DNA of 63,694 bases. Origin: Glycera tridactyla (taxonomy: Eukaryota). The stretch is from contig CBFFRO010000032.1 in NCBI GenBank assembly GCA_965644265.1, forward strand, positions 307-64,000, in the 5' to 3' direction. The translations under genes were made by a program, and so were the position numbers. Positions 12,861 through 24,518 of the stretch are shown in pieces. The notes under the pieces are model-generated. The model was given only the letters and a program-made list of their open reading frames with translations, did no database searches and was not told where the DNA came from. Positions within the stretch are counted from its first letter, which is position 1, and each line of letters opens with the position of its first letter.

Positions 12861-15399
12861 TCTCAAAAGAAAAACTAGGGATAGAAAAGGCTTCATATAT
12901 TCTAGTTGCTGTGGAGATGAAATTTGTCACTCATTTCCCCCTCTACAGGACTACACTTTTACAATAATACTATTGTAACACCACCTTTTTCAACGGTGTT
13001 GTTGGATAATTCAAATGAGATATATAGTTGAACTGTACTTTTGTGGCCTTCAAAACAAAGGAAAGAAGAATGCTTCCGTTCTGTTCAATTCTGGTTGAAT
13101 TTTCATATTAATATCTGTATTTTTATCGAAACGAGTAATTTGAAAAGATCTTGGCTCACTTTTGTTTCGAATGGTGTTTATTTGGAAACAATCCTTGTGC
13201 GATCAACCAATCGATTTATCAATAACTTAACCGATAGAATATGCCCGAAATTCACAGGTTCAAAATTATTTCAGCTTGAAAAGCTTTGATCAATCTCCCA
13301 CAAATTTCATATTGATGTGCATTTGTTTTGGATGAGTTCAATGTCTAAACTTTCATTGGAAAATCCACTGGTGTGTCTTCAGTGTTCTCAATGGTATGGA
13401 AATAGGTGAGGGGAAAACAAACTCAGGCTTGATATGTTTTGGTTTGAGGACTGCTTGTAAACAGCTGTAGTTGGCTTGGAATTTGACTCTTTGGAGAAGG
13501 TCCACTCTGGGAAGCCATTTTCTCACCCTAAGCGATGCTTATCCTAAGCACAGACAATTTCTAAGCATACCATCCTTAGTATTTTGTTCCTAAGCCCTGT
13601 GACCTACTTTTAGAACAAAAACCTCCGCACGAAGACCAACCAGTCATGAGTGACCACTTTGAGATTTTTTATCCATATGATTGGGGAGTTGACATTGGCG
13701 GAATTTCGATTTTGCACATTTTTAGACCATCAAAATGTTGTTTTTGTGAAATTACTTTCTCCATAGAGGAATGACTGAAACCCGCTTTCACTGGGATCGG
13801 TACCTGCATTCTCTTAATTTCTAGAAAAGATCCATTGAATTCTGGTTGGTTTGGCTTCTGTCAACAATCCGCCATTTTGAATTTCCGTCCGCCATTTTGG
13901 ATGAGCCTCACTTTGAGTTTCCGATCTGCCAAAAACTTGTCAATCTTTTGAAACTTTTACAAACGGATTCAATCTCCCTACATGTGAAAATAAACATAAT
14001 TACATTTCTCTGTTGTTGAGAAGCTTATTTGAAATTCTGTTGCTAGTTTTATTGCTATTTTGGAATTTGAACTTGAGGCAACCAGTGACTTAGCACGATG
14101 CTTACTCGACTTACACATGGTCTTACTTTGTAAGCACTTGCATGTTTGGGGTTTGTGAAACACTGGGCTGCCTACAATAGTTTTATTCTTAATAAAACTT
14201 AGAAGTTCATAATTTGTTTTGAATTTGGTCATTCCCTGACTTTGAAATGAGTTGAAATTAGGAATTATGGATTTTGGGAGGCAAACTTGGTTCCGGACAG
14301 TAATGAATAAACTTAGACCGTCACTGCTCCAGCAGTTGTGACTTGGCCTATTCCAGTCTATGTTAGCTAGCTTACACACTCTATGAGTAGGAGGGGGGGA
14401 ACTTGTGTTGATTTCAGACAACCACCTGCATTGGTGAGTGGCAGCTTCTACCTGTTACTGTCTATAGAGACCACCTGTCTTTAAGGAAATTCCTTTCATG
14501 ATAAAATTAATTCTATTTGATTTTGAAATCGAATTGATTTAATTGAATTCATTCAAATTTTAATTTCAATTTGATAGGGAATTTTCTAGTGTTTGATATT
14601 GAAAAGCATGCTTGCTCTTTTCATGCAGACAGTTGGACTTCAACGTTGTATTGCTGCCGGATCATAGCCCAGCTGTCTGAAAAGACTTTCAGTTTCTAGT
14701 TCATGATCCACGTGAACTTAGCTCTTTCATGCACAGCTGATGATATTTTAATGCCTGCTTCTTAGATTGATTAACTTAGTTTGCTCAGTGTGCTCTCTGT
14801 TGGGAATATGAAGGCATTGAGATTTCCTTACAAAGGTAATACTAGCAGATCGTCTATGACAATTATTTTAACTGATAGTTGAAATATTCCGAGTAAATTG
14901 ACTCATGATTCTGAGTAACTTGTATTTCTGTCAGGCGCTATTGATTTAGTGGGACTACAGTGGGATCCTGCCTTCCCACTATGATATATCTGGCAACACC
15001 AATGGAATTTAAGTGCATGCAACAAGCAACCAAATAAAAATAAATTATAGTTGTTAGATTTGATATTTTATTCCACCCTTTGATGATATACATGATATGA
15101 TATCTCGAACACATGGTGGGACATTTTTTCTTGTCTCTTGTAGCGATCACTCGTTCTGATGTCTGCATCATGAGGAGTCTGCTGTGATGCACACTCTTCA
15201 GGGGATACAACTTCCTGTCACCTTGCACCAGGCCTAAAGGTAGCCCCCTAACGACAAGTGGTTTCTTGTTCTCTCTGGTATGCAGTAGCCTCACTGACCC
15301 ACACGTGAATCTCTCATGCTGAGCAATTCGTAGGATATGTGATCCAGAGATGATATGTTTCTTTTGTGGGAGTGGTGTTTCCCTCGAGAGATGTCAGTT

Positions 15400-15768
15400 A
15401 CCGATATGTTCCTTTGGTAATCAACCCAATGAATGAAACCGATGTTATGTTCCTTTAGTAATCAACCCGATGAATGAAACCGATGATATGTTCCTTTGGT
15501 AATCAACCCGATGAATGAAACCGATGATATGTTCCTGTGGTAATCAACCCGATGAATGAAACCGATGATATGTTCCTTTGGTAATCAACCCGATGAATGA
15601 AACCGATGATATGTTCCTTTGGTAATCAACCCGATGAATGAAACCGATGATATGTTCCTTTGGTAATCAACCCAATGAATGAAACCGATGATATGTTCCT
15701 TTGGTAATCAACCCGATGAATGAAACCGATGATATGTTCCTTTGGTAATCAACCCAATGAATGAAACT
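15400..15768. repeat. 41-bp minisatellite, ~9 copies
   Basis: Unit ccgatgatatgttcctttggtaatcaacccgatgaatgaaa, head-to-tail. Confidence 0.95.
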
Positions 15769-18238
15769 TTGTCATCACTTCTTCGGTATTTCATTCGGTA
15801 GTGCTGAAAGATTTATTCAAATCCACTCGGTCATATCCGAGTATTCTTCACAATTTCCATGTGACAACATCTTCTACTGACGTGATCTCGTATATGGTAC
15901 CAAACACTATCTGGGCTCATGTTTTAATTTATGGTGCACTTTGTATTTTGAAGAACTTTTTTGAACAATGTTTTGTTAGCGGCTCAACTCAAGGAGAATC
16001 TACGCCTGCAAGCAAGTCATCGTTGGAGCTTGGACATTCTTCTGGAACCATGGTTTAAGTGATCACTGGGGTTTTCTCATTCTTTATCTAAGACTCTATC
16101 TTAGTCAAGATATGCGATATTCATATTTCTGCTCAAGGTATTTTGAATTATGATGTGTCTTGTTTATTGAATGTGAATGGGGATACATGTGATGTGTGAA
16201 GTATATACTTCCTGAAGTAACATTACCTATGTGAACTTAACCTATTTCTGTATGATATTCCATGATTGAATAACATCTCATATGGTTATAATGAAGTGAT
16301 ATCACTTTGTATTGAAATAAGTTTGTGACTTGGTCACATATGATATATATTTCTTTACTTTTTCAATCATATTTATATATGCCATAGATAAGCTCTACCT
16401 CCATGACTTCCTTGCTCTGTGTATTATTGGGGTGATAATAAATATATATCTGCAACTCTATACATGAGTCCTTACACTTTGTCCTGGTAATTAACTGCTA
16501 TGTTATTCGAGGAATAGAAAGATTTCTCCATTATTTTATTTCACTCGCTTTGAGTCAGCTATCCGAAGGATCAACATGTAATTCTGATCATGCCATTCAT
16601 CTGCTACTAGATGAATGATATATGTAAAACTATCACCCACAGGAGTAGTACCATTAACTATTTAGTGGAGAAAAACATGTACCCGTCACCTTGAAAATAC
16701 TGCTTCCTGCTGTTTATTGTAACTCAAATTTGAATCCGACTCTTACACTTAGCCACTAGTTTCACATCTCAAGGACATGGAGAGATACTCCTAAAAACCT
16801 GTTGGATGACTGACTGGTTCATTTGCCAATTCAATTTGGAAGGATTACACTATATACTGGTATTTACCTCAATAACAATATGTAAATCAAGCATTGGTAA
16901 ACAGTACATGTTAACTTAACATTCAGTACTTGTATTTCCCGTGCGGGGTTCAATAAGTACTTGACACAGTTGACCATATTGGCAGCATTGTCAGAGTTGG
17001 CATGCTGGTTATAGGTAACATGGGCAGCATTTCACCGAACATCACCGATTCATCCTGTGATTTCTAAAAGAATAGCTAGGGGGAAGTTCCCAGCATGAGT
17101 GCTCCATTCTTCAGTCAACAGTATATTTTGACCAGGAGAATAGATATGAACGGTCATTCAGAGAGGTGCCTATTGGGTAGAATGACACCTGGTGCCAACT
17201 AGTGGAATCGATAGTTTCTCATCATTGGCACCAGGCATAGATATAGGCATAGCCTTTCATACATGTGGGTCTTCTGTTTTGGAGCATATTGCTGAACATT
17301 TATGAGCCATGATGATTATTTCTCAATAAATCAGAGGATTGATTGACTGATTCTGTTCTAGTCATAGCTCAAGTATGTGAGGTGTATATTGCAATTCATT
17401 GCTCACATTTGACGACGAGGATGACTTATCGAATTGAATATGTCATATTGATTGGCAAAAAGCGCTCAGAATCATATTTTGAAATCGATGAGATTATCAT
17501 GGATTAGATAGGGACAGAAAGTGGGGATCATCTCACTGCAAGTGCCACCTTGTGTCAATACACTGAAATACACTTTGAAACTTTTGGAACTAATTTCATG
17601 ACTTAGTTTTGTCAATTAGGCCAAAAATGTGTTAAAGCGTCAGCCTATAGTTATTTTACCCCAACTACCCCAAAGGCTCGACCCAGCCTCCCAGTCAGGG
17701 CTAGAAGAACATGTACATGTAGTTCAGAAGCCGTTCAGTTCACAGCTAGGTTGGTCAGATGGTTTAGCAGTTGTTTAGGATTCAACGGCCTGTATCTCAC
17801 CGGCAGAGGATTCTAAGGCATGTTCCTCATATGTGCATGCAAACAGGCGAGGTTTCTATCTGTTTGCCAGACATGTGCCGACATACTGACCAATCAACAC
17901 AGGCAAATAGACCGTGGCATCTCCCAAGCCCATGATAAAAGATGGACAATTTTTGCGCCCAAACAACCAACCACAGTACAACCTTCAATATATGATCACC
18001 ATTCTGCTTCGCTGGTAATTACAATTAGGTATCATGAAATAGAATGGTCTGGGGAGTCGTGGTACTGAATTGTCATGTAAAGAATGGAGAATAAGTTTGA
18101 ATGCCGTATTTGCTGATGTGCACTTTATTTCTATACTGAACCTTTCTCACATTCATTCCAATTCTTGTAGATTGCGAACTTAACATATTCCTCTCATGTT
18201 TCGACTTAAACACCACACTCTTCCTTTGCGTCCTCATA

Positions 18239-18416
18239 CAGTCGAACCTCCTCTAAAGACCACCTCTCTATAAAGACCACCTCTCTATAAAGACCATCCT
18301 GACCTGCGACCATGGTAGTATTTTCAACAGTAAATGACCTCTCTATGAAGACCACCTCCCTATAAAGACCACTTTTAGGTGCGACCGAAGGCGGTCTTTA
18401 TGTAGAGGTTCGACTG
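18239..18416. mobile_element. TA-CAGT MITE
   Basis: Perfect 12-bp TIR CAGTCGAACCTC / GAGGTTCGACTG, with TA on both sides. Confidence 0.9.
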
Positions 18417-18749
18417 TATATCCATTTAAACACCACACTTTTCCTTCGCATCCTTATATATCCATTTAAACACCACACTTTTCCTTCGCATCCTCATATA
18501 TCCATTTAAACACCACACCATGTTTATGATTGATTGTTAGAGGAGTGTTTGAACTGGCAGTTACTTCCACTTGACAACCGCTCTGGTTCGCCATCATCTT
18601 GTGTTCAGGGTTTGTGAGAATGATGTCCGCAGGAGAGAGAACATCTAACTTTCATTGACCAGGAGCACACGGCATACATAATCCTCAAGGTTGATACATA
18701 TCGTTAAACATCAAACAATCAATCAATGAAAAAAGAATATTATTGGTCA

Positions 18750-19060
18750 CTAGATAAAGTCTGAGTCAGTCTGACATTGTCACAACTATTAGACAACCTT
18801 TTTCTGATTGGAGGAGAAATACATCTATTTATACTTTCCATGTTGAAGAAAAAAACACACTGAAGCAACTTTATATGAAAAAGCTGGTTGATTAGTTGAC
18901 CAGTGAGAGTGAGGGTGCGTAGCCAGATAATCACTTCCAGGTGGCAGCTGGCCCCTGTAATCTGTACCAATCTTACCCCATCCTCATTCTCTTCAAGACA
19001 GTCCACAAGTTAGGCAACGGGCTGACATGAACCTGGTCAGGTTACTCCCACATACTGCTT
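18750..19060 (-). mobile_element. Degenerate RTE-like LINE endonuclease fragment
   Basis: ENEDGVRLVQI...FHIK resembles the N.NG.RL...HK motif of RTE EN. Confidence 0.3.
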
Positions 19061-20742
19061 GAAGATGTACATCAGACAAATTGTTGGTAATAACAATAGG
19101 TGTATATTAATCACAGAGCTGTTTTTGTTTTCAAAAGTGTTTTTACTGAGGGACCGATTTCTGTCAATATGCAGTACAGATAAAAAGCCCTACAGCCTCT
19201 TATGTTTAGTCTGATCTCTGTATTGTCAAGCATTATAGTGAGATAAAAACAGAAATGCGTGTGAAATAAAAAAATACAGAGGAATATGGCACTTCAAAAG
19301 CAGCGAGTGTCCATATTTTCTCTCTAGCTTGGACTATACAACAAAGAACCAACCAACCAACCACCGGAGTTATGTAGCGACGAGATACCTATATCTACTA
19401 CTGCAGAAGGATGTGAATTGGAATTGGGAAGAAAAGCCATGGAATAACAGAAGAAAGTGTCAGTTTTTTTAGGGTCGGAATTAGCCATATTTATTGCATG
19501 TTCATTCATGACCCAGTCTATGATTCTGCGGAAAGGGGCAGGTGAGAATCCTATGGAGGGCAGGTAGAAATTTCACTTTGCCTGCATGGGGGGCCGATGT
19601 TGTGAAATCTTCAGGAAGTTAGATCGATTCAGCAAAATGAAAGCATACCCATGAAATGTCACCTGTTTAGAATTGGTGAAGAAAATGCCAATGGACGATT
19701 TTCTGTTATTGTAACATCAAAATCTTCATCTTTCTGATCCTCCTGGAAAACGTTTTTGTTGTGGCAACATATCAGTGAAGAGTCTTTTGCAGCTCAGACA
19801 TACTACATCCTGAATGAACTATTGGCATACCACAGCCGGATACATTTTCACTCTTGAAAAAAATATGATCAAATTGCCAGTCTTGCGTGAATAACAGTGA
19901 CTATTGTGTATTCAGGGGAACCACTGTATTCAACATTTACTTGCCTTAAGCAGCCACTACTTACCTGCCTGCCTGCCTGCCTGCCTGCTGACCTACCAAC
20001 CAACCACCCACCTACCTACCTACACACCTACCCACCTACACACCCACCCCCAGTGGTTAGGCTTGCAGTCCAGGGTCTCCAATGGGCATGGGACATTTAC
20101 TTTGAAGTCTGGCCATTGGGGATGATGTGGCCTAGGTGTAGCACCCCTTTCTTCTCTCAATAGCTTTCGTTGTGGGGGCCAAATGGAAATACCTTCAAAA
20201 TTTTCTGTCATCTATCTTGGCATTTTTTACCAAAATTACACTATCACCAGGTTTCTTATTCTTAACCTCTTTTCTATTCTCTAAGCAAAGGTGAAGTGGC
20301 AATGGAAAAAGAAGTAGGAGAAGAAGAAGAAGAAGAAAAAGAAGAAGAAAAAGAACGACAACAACAACGGCCAACCAACCATCCCTACTGATATGAAATT
20401 CATGAATTGACACCAGCCAAGTGTTTCTTAAAAGTCAATTAGCACCGGCCAAGTATCAGTTGGAACTAAAATGCCAATATATAGATAACAACACAAGCAA
20501 CGACAACAACAACAACAGCGACACAAACAACACGAAAAACAACGAATGAACTAACCAAACTCTTGCCAGATATGGAGTAACACAAAGCCAAATATCACCA
20601 GGAGGTAAACCATCACCAGCCAAGAATCATCTGAAACTTTAAAGCCAAAATATTACTCAAATATGAAGCATCACCAGACACACATTACTTAGATGTTAAC
20701 TAGCACCAGCCAAGTTCATCTGAGACCAAAGTGGCGATGAAC

Positions 20743-20803
20743 AACCACCACCACCACCACCACCACCACCACCACCACCACCACCACCACCACCACCACC
20801 ACC
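20743..20803. repeat. (CAC)n microsatellite
   Basis: Direct reading. Confidence 0.95.
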
Positions 20804-21389
20804 AACATCAACAACGATAAAGCAATCAAACTTCCGTTTATATAAAATTTAGTCACATTGATACAATAGATGGTGCCGGTTAAAGTGTTTGAGCATATCT
20901 GAACTAAATGGCGCTGCATAAATGCTGGTTTGATGGTGGAAAAACCTCATCCAACATCTGTGTGACCAACGTGCTGAGGCAAAAGCCATAAGAGATGCAA
21001 AAATGGAACCAGAGTCCAGTTGCAGCTAACAATCGCCAACGTTTTGTAACGGAAACAGGGTTCCAATCCATTTTTGAGACACTTATGATAATCATTATCT
21101 GAGAAGGGATTTGGCAAACGTATTCCATGTTAGCTCAACTAAACAGCCTGCAGGTGTTTGATCATAATTTCAGGACTATTTACTTGCACTGGCTCGTGTG
21201 CTGTGCTCCCATGCCATCAAGCAAGTGCATCTCCATTACCCGGTAGTCCCTCGCCTCTGACCAGATGTGTGGCTGACTGGTTGTAGTATTCAAAGTCACC
21301 ATTATTCATTAGCTTGACTCACAATTGCAAGACTCCCCTCAGGTATGGCAACATTTGTGTTATGATCTCCTTCAATCTCTACTCACTAA

Positions 21390-21471
21390 TTCTTCTTCTT
21401 CCTATTCTGCTTTTTTCCTCCTCCTCCTTCTTCTTCTTCTCCTTCTTCTCCTTCTTCTTCTTCTTCTTCTT

Positions 21472-21502
<31 letters not shown>

Positions 21503-21530
21503 TCTTCTTATTCTTCTTCTTATCTTCTTC
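21390..21530. repeat. (CTT)n microsatellite
   Basis: Direct reading. A paralogous CTT/CT-rich tract lies at 58885-59090. Confidence 0.9.
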
Positions 21531-21949
21531 TGTTTCCCTCGTATCTTTTATTCTTATCTTATTTTTGCTCTCAAGCTCGCCCTTCCCTTTTTCTCCCATT
21601 TCTCAACATTCGTCGTCTTTTGATTTCTTTTTTCTTTCCCTTTTCCCCCCTGTAAGAGTGTGGAGTGTGGAGCATACATTAAAGCTCGTCTTGAATTGAC
21701 ATTTCGTAATTGACCACATTGGATAAGTGTCCCATGGACCTGATGCATTTCCTTGTGTCAAATATAGCACTTTCATAAGATGAAAGCATTGCTATCAGGC
21801 TTGTTTGTCAGCTACCAGCCACAACCTTTCCGGAAAGTCAATCCTGGTGACAATACTGGTTTAGTCCAGTGCAAGCGATAGAAATCATAGAGCCTGATTT
21901 GTGTATAATAGCTACTAACGTGAATAAGTCTGGAAGACAAAAACAGATA

Positions 21950-23900
21950 AGAAGATACTCGCAGTCCAAACTATCATCATCTAGGTCGAAGGTGCCTTAG
22001 AAAGATGATGAATTGTCATGCTTTTGTTTGAAACAAGACTAAAACCTAATGCGCTAGTGAAGGTGATGGATCACATTCACACAATTGCTAAGTGAGATAT
22101 AGGCTGTGGAATGTTGGGTTGCTGCCAGGGTTTTGCATGGGAGCACCAAGCTGATGGAAGAATCGTGGATATACAAAAATTAAGATTCAATTCTAATGCA
22201 GATATCAGCACTGAATCCACGGGATCGATGTGTGATCATTAATCTGACATTCCTGGTATCATAGATCCTTCACTAATACATCATAAACACAATTCTATAA
22301 GAATACAGAGCCTAGGGTGGCTGTGGCTGCTTTTTCGGTAGACAACACTAAGGGCTTCTTGATCCGATAATAAGAGTGAACTAATCATCCCAAAATCCTA
22401 AATATTTCAATGGTTTCCCTTTCCATCTCTTTAGCGGCTTCTTCCAGCTCCATGCGCACACACATTTCCACTAAGATGATTGGCTGTAGTGAACTCGATG
22501 CTCATTGGATAAGTTGATTCTGCCTGTCCTCTGGCTGTGGCTCTCAAGCATGGAGTCCTCCTTTACTGTAGGCTGACATCTTCATGCTTGTCCGCACATG
22601 CCCAGGGTGCTTGCCATGGACAGATCTTTCCCCTGGGGCCGATTTTCCGACCTGACACAGGCATATACAATACCAGAAGGTTGCAATAGCTTTTCTCTGG
22701 CTCTCATATGAAACCCCAGTATCCTATGTACTGAATTTGTCTCATTATGCTGTCTCTGCACTATTGAATGCTTTTGGGGAGGGGGACTACAATGGTTGAT
22801 TTATAGCTGTGGAGACTAATTCTCTACTGACATGTCATATGAAATTTATCGTCACTGAATAGAACTTGATCTTCCTCTGGAAAAGAAAAAACTTATTTCA
22901 GTGAATGTCCCATCACCCATTGACTTGACATATTACTATTATGCTGGTCACTGCATACAAAAAGTAATCTTTTCAGATATTTTGGGTTCCTGAGTTGTTT
23001 GATAGTGAATGTTCAAGAGAAGTTATAGGGACTACTTCTGAAGGACCTCATATTGCTCTGACAGAAGACGTGGCTTCTCAGATGAATCGAACGCACCCAT
23101 GAAGACATGTACACTGCCAGTCTCTTTTGTTCTCTAAACTCACCTATTCCATGTGCCAGGTTGCCAAAATACTATTCGAGAAGAGCCAACTCCCTCCTTT
23201 GAGCATCCTAGGAGATTGCAATCAGCCATGGAGAGCAAAAGCAGATGCGCTGCGTGTCACCATGGTTGACGTACTCACCCATGGATGCTCGGAGTAAGGT
23301 GTCAAATCAGCTGTCAAATCAGCTTACTGGTAGATGCCATCCAATGAGAACCAAGCTTACATTTTCGGCAATAGCCAGTCATATGTTTTTGTGAGATTTA
23401 CCCTGGGGCTATGATGGAACTGCAAAGGAAAATGGGAAGGTGGCAAACTCCTTGAAATAGGGAGGATTTTGGAGATTTCCTTCACTCAGATTTTTGGATA
23501 ATATGATGTCACTTCCTTCGTCGTCAGCACCACTCCCGCCACTGTTCTGACCAGTCCTGGGCATCTGTTTACATGTGAAAAGGTTAATGATTGTCCAATA
23601 AATGGATACATGCTGCCAGGAGCTATCATCTAACTCATCTAAGTCATCTATGCTGGAGATACAATATAGACATCAAAGGCAATTCAGTGAACTATCTAGT
23701 GATTAGTGACACCTAGTGGCAACTTCTGGAAATGGTGTTCCTCTTCATTCGCTATGATACTGATGGGTTTCCTGTTTTGAGACATACTTCTTGAAATTGA
23801 TAAACCATGATAACAACTTCTCAGTAAATCAGGAGGATTTGATAGCTGATTCTGCACCGACTGGTTCAAGCATACGAGACGTACAATAGAATTCTTTACT
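21950..23900 (-). mobile_element. Highly degenerate LINE (RTE-like RT) relic
   Basis: Minus-strand fragments such as MELEEAAK and a nearby YLG-like motif, with many stops. Absent from the paralogous region upstream of GRL-2. Confidence 0.35.
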
Positions 23901-24099
23901 TCATTAGACACACGTGATGATCAGAATGACTTATAAAGTTGAATGTACCATATTGATTGCAGACAAGCAGTTTGAATATGGTGAACATTTCTGAAACTAA
24001 ATACTGTCATCCTCTACTGACAAGTACATGACGAATGGGATATCAAAGGCTGGCTATGTGTATTGGAGTCTATTATCGGATGCAAGTAATAGAACCACT

Positions 24100-24222
24100 G
24101 CTGTCTATTGCAAAGAGTATGGACAGCCCCCGGCAGCAGGCCCTGTTTCTTCAGCATTTTCAGTTTCTCGATCTGATACAACCCAAGGTGGTTGGAAGGA
24201 CGTCAAACCCAAACAAACAAAC
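24100..24222 (+). mobile_element. SINE 3' tail
   Basis: Ends ggaaggacgtcaaacccaaacaaacaaac, an (AAAC)n-tailed SINE-type end. Confidence 0.5.
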
Positions 24223-24518
24223 ATGATAGGAGGTCTGGTCGGTGCACATATACATGGACAACTGAGTAATGTAATGAGTATTAATAAGTGTAGATACCCT
24301 TGAGGACAAGAACGATCTCCTAGCAGTAATTCTATGATTACAAGCCAAATAGGCAAACCAGATATGGACAAATTTGAACAAATTCCTGGAATTTGTATTG
24401 AGAATCGCAACGAATTGTTCATGATAGATGCTTTAATTTATGAAATACATAAAAAGTAGATCAATCACCGATTTCACTAAAGAATCATCTTTCTTTTTCA
24501 GGATTTTGACGATAGAAG

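Noticed and set aside
14938-15294. 118-aa minus-strand ORF faintly reminiscent of Gypsy RNase H
   Set aside because: No convincing conserved motif by eye.
15400-15768. CRISPR-like appearance of the 41-, 64- and 32-bp arrays
   Set aside because: Head-to-tail repeats with no unique spacers, no cas genes, and a eukaryotic context.
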